From contig CAVYSY010000052.1 of assembly GCA_963771175.1 (NCBI GenBank), positions 225,834 to 289,833 on the forward strand: a stretch of DNA of 64,000 nt, in the 5' to 3' direction. Positions 53,235 through 63,861 of this stretch are shown here, piece by piece (within the stretch, counting starts at the first letter, position 1; every line of letters begins with the position of its first letter). The notes under the pieces were generated by a model. The model saw nothing but the letters and a program-made list of their open reading frames with translations. It searched no databases and was not told the DNA's origin. This DNA comes from an uncultured delta proteobacterium. GTDB lineage: Bacteria; Myxococcota; Myxococcia; Myxococcales; Myxococcaceae. The position numbers and the translations under genes are program-made.

Positions 53235-53831
53235 ATGACCGTGGCGGACGATGCGTCCTCGACCGGGGACGGCGAGCGGCGGCTGCTGGCGCGCGCGCGA
53301 CGGGGAGACCCGCTCGCCTTCCGCGGCCTCTTCGAGCAGCACGCCCCGGCCGTCTGGCGCTTCCTGCGCGACCTCTTCCGGGACGAGGCCGCCGCGGACG
53401 AGGCCACCCAGGAGACCTTCGTGCGCGCGCACGGGCGGCTCGGGGCGCTGCGCGACGAGGCGCGACTGGCCTCGTGGCTGCTGGGCATCGCCCGCCACGT
53501 GTACCTCGAGTCGCGCCGGGGCCGGGGCCAGCACCTGGACATCGCCTCCGAGGAGAGCGAGCCCCTGCTGGAGTCGATGCTGCCCTCGCCCACGCCGGAG
53601 GACCTGCTGCTGGACCGCGAGCTGGAGGGGCTGCTGGCGGAGGCGCTCGGGGAGCTGCGCGAGGAGCGTCGAGCGGCGCTGCTGCTGCGCATCGACCACG
53701 GGCTGCCGTACGAGGAGATCGCCCAGGTGATGGGCTGGTCCCTCCCCAAGGTGAAGAACGAAATCCACCGGGCCCGGCTGCAGCTGCGCGAGCGGCTCGC
53801 CGCCCATGTGGGAAACGGAGGTCGTCCATGA
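53235..53831 (+). CDS. ECF RNA polymerase sigma factor
   Basis: AFRGLFEQH, ADEATQETFVRA, SWLLGIAR, GLPYEEIAQVMG..VKNEIHRAR. Confidence 0.92.
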   Translation: MTVADDASSTGDGERRLLARARRGDPLAFRGLFEQHAPAVWRFLRDLFRDEAAADEATQETFVRAHGRLGALRDEARLASWLLGIARHVYLESRRGRGQHLDIASEESEPLLESMLPSPTPEDLLLDRELEGLLAEALGELREERRAALLLRIDHGLPYEEIAQVMGWSLPKVKNEIHRARLQLRERLAAHVGNGGRP

Positions 53832-54304
53832 GCCACCCGTGCCGCGAATCGGACCTGGACGCGCTGCTCGCCGGAGAGCTGTCGGCGGAAGACACGGAGC
53901 GAGTGCGCGCGCATGCCGCCACGTGTGCGTCGTGTACGCGGACGCTGGCGTGGCTGCGGCTGGAGCGCGGGTGGATGGCGCAGCGGGCGCGGCGTCAGCC
54001 CTCCCGTGCGGCGCTCGACTTCGGCGCGCTGGAGGCCCGGCTGCGTCCGGTGGTGCCGCGCCGGGGGCAGTGGTCGCACCGGGGGATGATGGCGTTGGGC
54101 GCGGTGGCGGCGGTGATGCTCGTGGCGCTCAGCCTGGTGCCGCAGTCGCGCACCGCGTCCTTCTCCGAGGAGCAGTGGGGCGACGGGCTCGTCTCGGTGG
54201 CCACGGTGCAGGCGTGCATGGACCCGAGCGTCGAGGCGGTGGCCCAGGTCGAGGCGAGCTTCGGCGCGTGCCTGCTGGCGTCTCCGGCGCACCCGCTGCG
54301 CTGA
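53828..54304 (+). CDS. Zinc-finger (zf-HC2) anti-sigma factor with TM helix
   Basis: ATGA overlap; HAATCASC (HxxxCxxC); hydrophobic segment. Confidence 0.85.
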   Translation: MSHPCRESDLDALLAGELSAEDTERVRAHAATCASCTRTLAWLRLERGWMAQRARRQPSRAALDFGALEARLRPVVPRRGQWSHRGMMALGAVAAVMLVALSLVPQSRTASFSEEQWGDGLVSVATVQACMDPSVEAVAQVEASFGACLLASPAHPLR

Positions 54305-54314
54305 GGCCGACGCG

Positions 54315-54343
54315 CGGCGCCTCCGTGGGGAACGGAGGCGCCG
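54315..54343. terminator. Perfect 12-bp hairpin between convergent genes
   Basis: CGGCGCCTCCGT-ggGGA-ACGGAGGCGCCG. Confidence 0.6.
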
Positions 54344-54355
54344 GGAGCGGGACGA

Positions 54356-56179
54356 CTACGGGTTGCCCATCGTGGCCTTGTCCACCGCCGCCTTGGCCTG
54401 CACCAGGCCAAAGCCGTAGACGATGTCCCTCTCCGGGTCACCGAGGTCCTTCGCGGTGCTCTCGAGCATGCTGCGCACCTGGGCGTTGGTGAAGTCGGGG
54501 CGAGCGCTCCACACCAGCGCGGCCACGCCGGCCACATGGGGCGTGGCCATGGAGGTCCCGGTGCTGAGGGCGTAATCGCTGCCCTTGATGCTCAGGCTCG
54601 CGGTGGAGCCAAGCTGCGCGCGGATGTCGGGCACGGTGGTGGTGGCCACGGCGGCCACGGGCGGCCATGCCGCGGGCCCGCCGAGCGTGAAGCCAAGCGT
54701 CTCGTCATCCTCGGGGTCGTTGTTGCCGACGACGACGGCGTACGCGCCCTGGGAGCGCACGTTGCGCACCTTCTCGGCGAAGGTGATGTCGCCGCGGTCC
54801 ACGTAGGCGACGAAGCCCCCGCAGGTGGCGCCGGGGCAGGAGCGCAGGCCGAGGCCCAGGCCGCAGTCGACGAGCTTGCCCTCGTAGGACTCGAGCGGGA
54901 CGTAATCCAAGACGCTCGACTTGAAGAAAGCGCCGCCGACCTGCAGCTCCGCGAAGGGCGACTGGCCCCGGGGGTAGGTGGAGAACACGGCCACGCCGGG
55001 GGCCACCAGGGACAGGTGGTCGCCGCCCTGGGAGAAGTTGGGGTGCGTCGCCTCGGCGTTCACCGCGCCCACGGCGATGACGTTGTCATAGGCGGCCGGG
55101 TAGGTCTTCGACTCCGGGGTGGCGAGCTCGCCGCCGTTGCCGCTGGCGGCGATGGTGAGCATGCCGGAAGTCCAGGCGAGGGCGAAGGCATCGCGCTCCT
55201 CGTCGGCCGGAGTGGACGAGCCGAGCGAGAGCGAGGCGATCTTCGCGCCCCGCTCGTAGCACCACTTGAGCGCATCGATGACATCCGAGGTGTTGCCGTC
55301 GCCCTTCTTGTCGAGCACGCGGGCGATGAGCAGGGTGGCGCCAGGGGCCACGCCCACCATGCCATCGCGGCTCTGCGTGGGGTCGTTGGGGTTCACCTGG
55401 GCGCCGGAGGCGAGCTGGGCGGCGATGGTGCCCGCCACGTGGGTGCCATGGCCCCCGCCCCAGCCCTCGGCGTCCTTGTCCTCCGGGTTGTCGTCGCCGT
55501 CGACGTAGTCCTTGCCCTCGCCGTACGCGGCGCGCAGCTCGGGGTGCGCCCAGTCGATGCCGCTGTCGATGACGCACACCTTGACGCCCGCGCCGGTGAA
55601 GGCACCCGGGTCGATGACGCCATCGCCGTTGACGTCCCACACCTTGTCGGCCTGCACCTGACGGACGGCCCAGGTGTACTCACTGGCGCTGCCGGTGGTG
55701 TTGAGGGGTTGGCGCTCGCCGGGGAGCAGCGCGGCCACGGGCGCGAGCGCCGAGGTGCCGATGGCGTGCACCTTGCGGTCCTCGGAGATGGAGAGGACCT
55801 CGGGGTCCTTGGCGAGCCGGGCGCGCTCCTCGGGGGTGAGGGAGAGGGCCATGGCGTTGAGGTGGGGCCAGTTGAACTTCACGCGGGCGCCCATCTGGCG
55901 CACCTTGTCCTCGCGCTGGCGAGGCAGGGCGGCGGCGGCGACGGCGGAGAGGGCGCTCGGCTGGCGGAAGCGCACCAGCACGCGCTGGCGGCCGTCGGCG
56001 TCCGGGGTGGAGGTGGAGCGGAGGGCCGAGGCGGTGGTGGTACGGAGGACCTCGGGGGACGAGTGGCCCAGCTCCTGGATGACCAGCTCCGGACACAGCG
56101 GCGCCTCTTGCTGTTCAACGGGCTCCTTGCAAGCACTCGCACCCAGGCACAGCAGGCCCAACAACGCCAATCGCCTCAT
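54356..56179 (-). CDS. S8 subtilisin-like peptidase lipoprotein with prodomain and PA domain
   Basis: Lipobox ASAC; VIDSG, HGTHVAG, GTSMATPHVAG; VDRGDITFAEKV. Confidence 0.93.
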   Translation of the reverse strand: MRRLALLGLLCLGASACKEPVEQQEAPLCPELVIQELGHSSPEVLRTTTASALRSTSTPDADGRQRVLVRFRQPSALSAVAAAALPRQREDKVRQMGARVKFNWPHLNAMALSLTPEERARLAKDPEVLSISEDRKVHAIGTSALAPVAALLPGERQPLNTTGSASEYTWAVRQVQADKVWDVNGDGVIDPGAFTGAGVKVCVIDSGIDWAHPELRAAYGEGKDYVDGDDNPEDKDAEGWGGGHGTHVAGTIAAQLASGAQVNPNDPTQSRDGMVGVAPGATLLIARVLDKKGDGNTSDVIDALKWCYERGAKIASLSLGSSTPADEERDAFALAWTSGMLTIAASGNGGELATPESKTYPAAYDNVIAVGAVNAEATHPNFSQGGDHLSLVAPGVAVFSTYPRGQSPFAELQVGGAFFKSSVLDYVPLESYEGKLVDCGLGLGLRSCPGATCGGFVAYVDRGDITFAEKVRNVRSQGAYAVVVGNNDPEDDETLGFTLGGPAAWPPVAAVATTTVPDIRAQLGSTASLSIKGSDYALSTGTSMATPHVAGVAALVWSARPDFTNAQVRSMLESTAKDLGDPERDIVYGFGLVQAKAAVDKATMGNP

Positions 56180-56374
56180 GTGACACATCTCCTTCACCCC
56201 GCCGTGGGATAGCACCGCCGGTGGCGGTACCGGGCGGAGGAATGGGCGTGGCCAACGGTTGGCCGGGGGACCCATTCCTTGATTGAAGCACGGTAGGGCG
56301 TCTGCTTGCTGGGCGGTAGGGAGGAGGCTCGCCGAAGCGCCCGGCGGAGGCGGCCGGGTGCGGGCTGGTGGACG

Positions 56375-58109
56375 TCAGCGCTCGGCGGAATCGATGGAGA
56401 AGAGACGCTCCACGTCGCGCGAGTAGTCGGCCAGTTGGCGCTCGACGGCGTCGGGGCTCCACCCGAGCAGGGGGGCCATGTCGGCGGCGGCCACGCGGGC
56501 GGCGGAGCGCCCCAGGTCGCGCGTCTCGAAGGCCACCTTGAGGCGGCGCACGAGCAGGTCGGACAGGGTGAGGACGAGCTCGTGGGTGACGCCGTGGACG
56601 GCCTCGGCGCGGAGGTAGGGAAGGCCGGGGACGAGGGGCTCGGCGAGGTGGGGCTGCTCGCGAGTGAGGGCCCACACCAGGCGCCAGCGGCTGCCGTAGG
56701 CGCGCACGAGGTGGAGGGCGGTGGCCTCCTGGCCCACCTCGGCGCGAGCGGCGGCGAGCTCGGCGTCGAAGGAGGCCATGTCGCCGCCGGGCAGCGGCAG
56801 GGCGTCGGTGGTGGGCTTGCGGTGGGGCACCCCGAGCACCTTCTCGACGGCGTTGACCATGTCGCGGGCCATGACGCGGAAGGTGGTGAGCTTGCCGCCG
56901 GAGATGGTGAGGACGCCGGTGGGGCTGGTGTGGATGGCGTGCTCGCGGCTGGCGCTGTTGGCGTCCCCGGCGCCGGAGTAGCCGCTGGCCACGAGGGGGC
57001 GGATGCCGGCCCAGGCGCTGACGACGTCCTCGCGCGAGAGGTGGGCCTCGGGGAAGAAGCCGTTGGCGGAGGCCAGGAGGTAGTCCACGTCGGAGATGGC
57101 TGGCGCGCACCTGGGAGGGGTGGGCGGTGGTGGGCGTCTCGGTGGTGCCGATGATGGTGTGGCTCTCGGCGGGGATGACGAACATCACCCGGCCATCCAC
57201 GGGGGACAGGAGGGTGAGGGCGGAGTCGGTGTGCAGGCGCTCGCGGGGGACGGAGATGTGGACGCCCTTGGAGCCGCGCACGGCGGGAGCGGTGCCATTG
57301 GCGGCGTCGAGCCGGCGGATCTCATCGCTCCAGGGCCCGGTGGCGTTGACGATGACGCGGGCGCGGACGGAGAGCTCCTGGCCGGTGAGGTCATCCACCA
57401 CGGTGGCACCGCGGGCGCGGCCCTCCTCGACGATGAGGCCGCGGACGGAGGCGTGGTTGAGGACGACGGCACCGGCCTCGGAGGCGCCGATGGCGTTGGC
57501 GAGGGTGAGGCGGGCGTCATCGGTGGCGGCGTCGTAGTAGCGGGAGCCGCCGGTGAGGTTGTCGGAGCGCAGACCGGGGACGGACTCGACGACCTGGCGG
57601 GTGGAGAGGGTGCGAGCGCCCCTCACGTTCCGGAAGAGGGCGAGGGCGTCATAGAGCATGAGCCCGGCGGCGAGCTTCCAGCGGGGGATGCGAGCGCCCT
57701 TGTAGACGGGCCAGACGAAGGCGAGGGGCCGGACGAGGTGGGGAGCGAGCCGCAGGAGGCGATAGCGCTCGATGCTGGACTCGAAGACGAGGCCGAGGTG
57801 GCCGTGCTCGAGGTAGCGGACGCCGCCGTGGATGAGGCGGGAGGAGCGGCTGGAGGTGCCGGAGGCGAAGTCCTCGCGCTCGACGAGGGCGACGCGCAGG
57901 CCCCGGAGGGCGGCATCGCGAGCGGTGCCCGAGCCGGTGATGCCGCCGCCGATGACGAGGACATCGAACTCCTGGGAGGCGAGGGCGCGCAGGCGCTCGG
58001 AGCGAGGAGGGGGCGGCTGGGGAGGAGACGAAGGAAGGGCCGCGAGGGCGCCGGTGCCACGACTGCGAGCGGGAGCGGGAGCCATCTGGGCGACGGGTTG
58101 AGGACGCAC
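56375..58109 (-). CDS. glpD: FAD-dependent glycerol-3-phosphate dehydrogenase; frameshift near 57100; start approximate
   Basis: VIGGGITG, FASGTSSRSSRLIHGGVRYL, NATGPW, AWAGIRPL, ISGGKLTT. Confidence 0.9.
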
Positions 58110-58306
58110 GGCAGGAGTGTAATGGCGGGAGGGCTGAGGGGCAGCAGGAAGCGAACGCAGCGCGTCAAGAGGAGCACGGAGCGGAGCGTCCGCGCTCCCA
58201 GGGCCGAACACTTGGAGTGACAACCAGATGGACGCGGGAGGAGCGCCCCACCGGCCTGGGCGCGCTCACTCCCGAAACCACTCACGTCGACACGGCGGGA
58301 AGCCGC

Positions 58307-58519
58307 TCAGCGCTTGGTCTGACCGGGCGAGGAGCCGGGGGTGGAGTCATCGGACGAGGTGGTGCCGTCGCCGGACGAGGAGTTGCCGCCGCCGTGCCGG
58401 GACGGGCGGGAGTCCTTGTTGGGGTTCGCCTGGTTGGACCTGTTGTCGCGGTCCTGCTTGAAGGAGGGGTTGTTGGGGTTCTTGACGTTGGAGCGCTGGT
58501 CGTTGGGATTGTTGGACAT
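58307..58519 (-). CDS. Small Asn/Ser-rich protein (70 aa)
   Basis: RBS GGAG; NDQRSNVKNPNN and RDNRSNQANPNK internal repeat. Confidence 0.65.
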   Translation of the reverse strand: MSNNPNDQRSNVKNPNNPSFKQDRDNRSNQANPNKDSRPSRHGGGNSSSGDGTTSSDDSTPGSSPGQTKR

Positions 58520-58691
58520 GTGCTTTCTCCGAAGCCGGGCGGAAGTGCCCGGGGAGACGGAAGGTAGGAGCGGGCGCTCGGTGGACCAGCCGGCCCCTGG
58601 TGCCAGGGACTGTCCGGAAGAAGCCCGAGAGGTGCGAGAGGGAGCGACCGTGCATACCTCCCAGGGTGCCCGAGCCGAGCGGAGGTGGCGC

Positions 58692-59117
58692 GTGAAGACG
58701 GTGACGTATGAGCGCAATGGGAGGACGAACACGGGGGCGCAGGCGGTGCGAGTGGAGGGGATGCGCCACCTGCGGGTGCTGGAGCAGGGCGAGACGGTGG
58801 TGGAGAGGGAACTGACGGAGGAGGAGGTGGAGCGGCTGCGACCGTTGTTGGAGGAGGCGGAGCGGCAGCCGGCACCTGCGGCGGTGGCCCCGACGGCGGG
58901 GGGCCCGAGGGGAATGGCGGTGAGCCTGGCCTTCGAGGACGAGGAGACACCGCGAGTGCGCCTGGAAGCCCACCCGGGGCAGACGGCGAGGGGCGCGGGG
59001 GAAGGCTACGACGCGCTGCTGGCGGAGCTGGACGAACTGCTGACGGAGGAGCTGCACCTGAGGGCGCCGAGGCACGCGCACGCGGTGTTGCCGCACGAGC
59101 TGCGTCAGGAGGAGTAG
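58692..59117 (+). CDS. Hypothetical protein
   Basis: RBS GGAGG before GTG; typical codon usage. Confidence 0.65.
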   Translation: MKTVTYERNGRTNTGAQAVRVEGMRHLRVLEQGETVVERELTEEEVERLRPLLEEAERQPAPAAVAPTAGGPRGMAVSLAFEDEETPRVRLEAHPGQTARGAGEGYDALLAELDELLTEELHLRAPRHAHAVLPHELRQEE

Positions 59118-61165
59118 CCCGAGGGGCGGCCGTCAGAGGCCTTGCCACCGTCGATGGGCAGGGTGACGGTGAAGGTGGAGCCCTGGCCGAGCTCGCTCTC
59201 GATGCGGATGTCACCACCGAGCGACTCGACGATCTGCCTGACGATCCACAGGCCGAGACCGAAGCCGCCGTAGTGGCGCTCGGAGACGGCGCGCTCGAAG
59301 CGCTGGAAGATGCGGGCCTGGCTCTCGGGGGCGACGCCGATGCCGTAGTCGCGCACGGTGAGGCGGGCGGTGGAACCCTCCTGGACGACGGAGAGCTCGA
59401 CGGGGTGGGAGGCGCCGTACTTGAGGGCGTTGGAGAGCAGGTTGGTGACGACCTGCTCGAGCCGGAGCCGATCCCACCGCCCGACGACGGGCGAATCGGC
59501 CTGGAGGATGAGCGTGGACCCGGCGCCGGCGGCATCGGCCTCGGAGCGGTTGACGACGTCCTGGAGGAGCGCGGCGAAGTCGACGGTCTCCCGCTCCAGG
59601 GCGAGCCGCCCGGCGCGGATGCGAGACACATCCAGGAGGTTGTTGACGAGCTGATGGAGCCGCTCGGCGGGGCGGCGGGTGGCCTCGATGCGCTTGAGAG
59701 CGGGATGGGGATTTCCCTCGGCATCGGTCTCGGGGAGGGAGCGCCAGAGGAGCTGGAGCTGGAGCTGGAGCGAGGTGAGGGGCGTCTTCAGCTCATGGGA
59801 GGCGACGGAGAGGAAGTCATCGCGGATCTGCAGGGCCTTCTGGAGGTCCTGGGCGAGCGCCTCGACCTCGCGGCGGGCGAGCACCTGCTCGGTGACCTCG
59901 GCGCACAGGCCCATGGTGCCGAGAATCTCGCCTTCGAGACCGCGCCAGGGCTGCCAGGTGAGGTCGAAGTACTTCACCTCGTCCTGACCGGAGCCGGAGA
60001 AGTCGGCGCGGATGGGGACCTCGTGGCCGACGATGGGAGCGCCCTTGCGGTAGACCTCGTCGAGGAGCTGGAGGAGGTTGGGGTTGAGGCCGGCGATGGT
60101 GTCGCGGATGGAGCGGCCGGTGGGGATGCGCCCGCCGACGAGGGTCTGACCGAGCGGGTTGACGAGCTCGATGACGTGCTCGGGCCCGCGGGTGAGACAG
60201 ATGGCGACGGGGGCCTGCATGAAGAGGGTCTCGAGCCGCTCGCGCTGGGACTCGGCCTCGAGGTGGGCGTGGTGCTCGCGGGCGAGGAGCTGAGCGCGCT
60301 CGCGGTCCTCGCGGAACCGGGAGGAGATGTCGCGGAAGACGATGACGGTGCCGAGCCGGTGGCCCTCGGAGTCGGTGATGGGAGCGCCGGTGTGCTCGAT
60401 GGGGAGCTCGGCGCCGCTCTTGGAGAGGAGGAGGGCCTGCTGACCGAGCTGAACGGGCCGGGGCTCCTCGGGGGAGAGGGCGAGAGGAGGGAGGGGCTCC
60501 CGGGACTCGGGATGGACGAGGCGCAGGACGCGCTCGAGGGGCTGACCGATGGCATCGATCTCACGCCAGCCGGAGAAGTAGGAGGCGACGGGGTTGATGA
60601 AGCGGACGAGGCCGTTGGAGTCGGTGGTGACGACGGCATCGCCGAGGCTGCGCAGGGTGACGGAGAGGACGTGGCCGTTGGCCTGGGCGGCGGCGCGAGC
60701 GGACTGGGCCTCGTGGAGGGTGGAGCGGACGCGGGCGCACACCCGGGTCATCAACGCGGCGACGCCGGTGAAGAGGGCGGTGGTGATGGAGTGGTGGCCC
60801 GCGGCGGAAGACAGGGCGACGGGCTCGAGGAAGAAGAACTGGGTGACGAGGACGGAGAGGGCGGTGGCGAAGGCACCCGGGCCGTTGCCGCCCACCCAGG
60901 CGGAGAGGATGACGGCGGAGAGGAAGAGGAAGTAGGGGGCGGGGGCGAGCCAGAGCCAGAGGACCCACTGGAGGCCGAAGGCGGCGGCGACGATGAGCAG
61001 GGCCAGCCCGTAGCGGGCCCAGGGGGGAATGCGGAACGGATCAGCGTCGCGGACGGGGAGGAAGGCCAAGTCGCACCCGGGGGAAGCCGACGAATAGACA
61101 GACAACCGCGGCGATGGAACTGACGAGTCGTGCTCGCCATCCGGTGAGAGTTCGAAACCGAGCAC
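59105..61165 (-). CDS. Membrane sensor histidine kinase (DUF4118-like TM region, two PAS domains); start uncertain
   Basis: ASHELKTPL, NLLSNALKY, DYGIG, GFGLGL, GQGSTF. Confidence 0.92.
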   Translation of the reverse strand: MLGFELSPDGEHDSSVPSPRLSVYSSASPGCDLAFLPVRDADPFRIPPWARYGLALLIVAAAFGLQWVLWLWLAPAPYFLFLSAVILSAWVGGNGPGAFATALSVLVTQFFFLEPVALSSAAGHHSITTALFTGVAALMTRVCARVRSTLHEAQSARAAAQANGHVLSVTLRSLGDAVVTTDSNGLVRFINPVASYFSGWREIDAIGQPLERVLRLVHPESREPLPPLALSPEEPRPVQLGQQALLLSKSGAELPIEHTGAPITDSEGHRLGTVIVFRDISSRFREDRERAQLLAREHHAHLEAESQRERLETLFMQAPVAICLTRGPEHVIELVNPLGQTLVGGRIPTGRSIRDTIAGLNPNLLQLLDEVYRKGAPIVGHEVPIRADFSGSGQDEVKYFDLTWQPWRGLEGEILGTMGLCAEVTEQVLARREVEALAQDLQKALQIRDDFLSVASHELKTPLTSLQLQLQLLWRSLPETDAEGNPHPALKRIEATRRPAERLHQLVNNLLDVSRIRAGRLALERETVDFAALLQDVVNRSEADAAGAGSTLILQADSPVVGRWDRLRLEQVVTNLLSNALKYGASHPVELSVVQEGSTARLTVRDYGIGVAPESQARIFQRFERAVSERHYGGFGLGLWIVRQIVESLGGDIRIESELGQGSTFTVTLPIDGGKASDGRPSGYSS

Positions 61166-61265
61166 ATGCGCCCCCCTGAGCCGGGGACTCTACCCGCTTG
61201 GCCGGGAGCTCGGCCAGGAAGGGAGCCGGGTTGCGGGAGAGGGGGAGCACGACTAGAGAGGTCGC

Positions 61266-61616
61266 ATGAAGCGAGTGCGGTTCTCGGTCCACCCGAAGGT
61301 GGGCGAGGCGAGGCTCCTGGCGGAGCTGCTAACGGGTTCGGGCCTGTCGGTGGAGGTGAGAGGGGAGACCCTGGCGCCGCTGGGCGGGGAGATACCGAGC
61401 ACGGAGACGTGGGTGGAGCTGTGGCTGCCGGAGGAGGAGGTCGCGCGAGCGAGGGAGCTGCTGGCGGAGCTGGAGGAGGACGGGGAAGCGGCGGAGAGGA
61501 CGGTGAGCTGTCCGCGATGCCAGGAGGACAACCCCGGAAACTTCGAGCTGTGCTGGAGCTGCGGGGTGGATCTGCCGTCGTGGAAGAGTAGGAAGCCGAG
61601 GCTGAAGGCGGTGTAG
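61266..61616 (+). CDS. DUF2007-like protein with C-terminal zinc ribbon
   Basis: EARLLAELL..G..V.VRGE; CPRC..NPGNFELCWSC. Confidence 0.8.
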   Translation: MKRVRFSVHPKVGEARLLAELLTGSGLSVEVRGETLAPLGGEIPSTETWVELWLPEEEVARARELLAELEEDGEAAERTVSCPRCQEDNPGNFELCWSCGVDLPSWKSRKPRLKAV

Positions 61617-61730
61617 GGAGGAGGGAGTAAGCCCGGCTGATTGCTCCCGGCACGCGGTGTCGCGAACTGACCAGGAGAGGGGGCGGCGAGTCGTGCGGAG
61701 GAGGCGGCGAATCTCTAGAGTCAAAGAGTC

Positions 61731-62743
61731 GTGTTGAACGAGCCCCCCGCCAGAACCATCTCCCAGGGACCGCGAGGCCCTGAAGCAGGCCCCAACGCAC
61801 GGAGCAGCCGAGGCCGGTGGAGGGACCGGAGCCTGAGGAGTGCGCTGGTCGTCTGCCTGGTGGCGTTTCTGATCCACCTGATTCCGCTGTTCCTGCCGAG
61901 GGACATGCCGGAGCAGGACCTGGCGATCGCCCGAGCGATTCCCGATTCGGCGCAGCGGGTGGAGGTGCTGAAGCCGCTGAAGGACAACCCGAAGGCGACG
62001 GGGGCGAACCTGAGGGAGGCGGCGGAGCTCTTGCGAGAGGGCGCGCCGCTGGACGCGCACGAACTGGCGAAGGAAGCGGAGCGGAGGGAGCCGGACGCGC
62101 TGGAGACGCAGCTCCTGTTGGCGCGCGTGTGCAATGGGGCGCGGATGAGCCGGTGCGAGGAGGAGGCCTTCGAGAAGGCGGGGAAGCTGGCGCCAGCGGA
62201 CCCGAGGGCGGATCTGCTGCGAGCGGACATCCGGGAGAAGGAAGGGGACGTGAAGGGGGCGCTGGAGTCCGTGAAGAGGGCGTACGAGAAGGCGCCGGAG
62301 CACGCGGGAGTGGGAGTCCGGTACGGGAGGCTGCTGAGCGAGGCGGGCCGGGGGGACGAGGCGGTAGAGGTGCTGAGGAGCCTGGAGCCGAAGCTGGGCC
62401 GCCCGCGGATGCTGGTGGAGGAGGGGTTGGTGCGGGAGGCGCAGGGGAGGACGAAGGAGGCCCGGGAGCTGTTCGCGTTGGCGGTGGAGGAGGAGCCGAA
62501 GCTGGTGATGGGGTACTACCACCTGGGGATGGCGGCGTTCCGGGAGGGGGACGTGGAGAGGGCGACGGAGGCGCTGAGGGAAGCGGATCGCCTGGACATG
62601 TCGGACATGAGGCCGCTGTCGGCGCTGTGTGCGATCCAACGCAGACGGGGCGCACGGACGACCTGCTGGTGACGAGGCAGGACCTGGAGCGCCGGTTTCC
62701 GGAGCGGATGGACGCGGTCAGGAGCGCCTGTCGTTCGGAGTGA
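61731..62743 (+). CDS. Membrane-anchored TPR protein; frameshift near 62650
   Basis: TM segment followed by repeated TPR-like helices. Confidence 0.75.
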
Positions 62744-62749
62744 CCCGAG

Positions 62750-63046
62750 TCACTCGGGAATGCCGCGAATGCGCCGGAGCAACCGGGCTGCGGCCTTCAC
62801 TTCGCCATCCACGGAACCATCGGCGATCTCGGTCCGGACGACGGCCTGGAGGAAGGGCAGGGCCTCATCTTCCCTGCCCTGCTCGGCCAACAGCTCACCG
62901 AGGGCGCTGCGAGCCCGGGTGAGCATCACGAGGTCCTCGGCCTGCACGGAGGCATCGATCGCATCACTCAGGGCGGACTCAGCGAGTTCGGGCCGACCAC
63001 GGTCGATGAGCTCGCGGGCGCGCTGAAGGTGGCGGGAAGCATCCAT
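62750..63046 (-). CDS. Small TPR-like protein
   Basis: LQRARELID.G..ELAE; ALGELLAEQGREDEA. Confidence 0.65.
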   Translation of the reverse strand: MDASRHLQRARELIDRGRPELAESALSDAIDASVQAEDLVMLTRARSALGELLAEQGREDEALPFLQAVVRTEIADGSVDGEVKAAARLLRRIRGIPE

Positions 63047-63108
63047 GAGGCACTCCGGGGAGAAGCCCGCGAGGGACAACCAGGAGGAACCGGGTTATCC
63101 CATGGGGC

Positions 63109-63312
63109 ATGGACGACGAGTCGCGGATCGTGGAGCTGGAGCTGCGCTTCATGCAGCAGCAGGAACTGCTGCAGCAGCTCAACGAGGTGATGTACGCGCA
63201 GCAGCGCGAGCTGGACGCGCTGAGGGCGGAGGTGGAGTCCCTGAAGAAGAAGCTGGAGGGAGAACCGGGCCTGGTGGATGCGAGGCAGCAGGAGAGGCCG
63301 CCGCACTACTGA
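63109..63312 (+). CDS. slyX: SlyX-family protein
   Basis: RIVELELRFMQQ..LNEV..QQ and terminal ERPPHY. Confidence 0.9.
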   Translation: MDDESRIVELELRFMQQQELLQQLNEVMYAQQRELDALRAEVESLKKKLEGEPGLVDARQQERPPHY

Positions 63313-63334
63313 GAGCGACCAGGCCCCTTCCCGA

Positions 63335-63416
63335 AATCCCCTTCAGGGAAGTCCACGAAGGCACTGCCGTAGGCGTAGTTCTGCATCACCCTTCGGCGAC
63401 TTTGCTGAAGGGGATT
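63335..63416. repeat. 82-nt imperfect palindrome between convergent genes
   Basis: AATCCCCTTCAG / CTGAAGGGGATT arms plus inner GAAGTC/GACTTT and CGAAGG/CCTTCG. Confidence 0.7.
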
Positions 63417-63861
63417 AGAACCGCCACCCGAGGCGCAGACCGATATGGGGCTTGGGCTCGAGGTAGCCGATCTCAAGGCCGAAGCTGACGGAGCGTCCCT
63501 GGTAGCCGAAGCCGAAGGCGCCGTGAGCGCGGAAGACATCGCCCTCGAAGTAGATCCACGGACCGACGAGGAGCTCCACGTAGAGGGGAACCCGCCTGGG
63601 CCGGATGCGCAGGTCGAGGTCGAGAGGGATGCCCAGGGTATTGGGCTGGGTAGCGAGGAGCGCGCCGAAGCGGGTTCCAACGGAGAGGGGGCCGAAGAAG
63701 ACGAAGTCGACGGCGCCGGTGACGCTGAAGAAGGCGCCGTTGTCGATGTGGTAGTCGCCGCCGAGGGTGAGGCGGAAGTCAGCCGCCTCGGAGCGCTCCG
63801 GGGCGAGGAAGACTGCGAGCGCGAGGAGACCACCGAGGAAGGGACGCAGCAGTTGCTTCAT
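63415..63861 (-). CDS. Small outer-membrane beta-barrel protein
   Basis: Signal peptide; alternating strands; C-terminal LGWRF. Confidence 0.75.
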   Translation of the reverse strand: MKQLLRPFLGGLLALAVFLAPERSEAADFRLTLGGDYHIDNGAFFSVTGAVDFVFFGPLSVGTRFGALLATQPNTLGIPLDLDLRIRPRRVPLYVELLVGPWIYFEGDVFRAHGAFGFGYQGRSVSFGLEIGYLEPKPHIGLRLGWRF

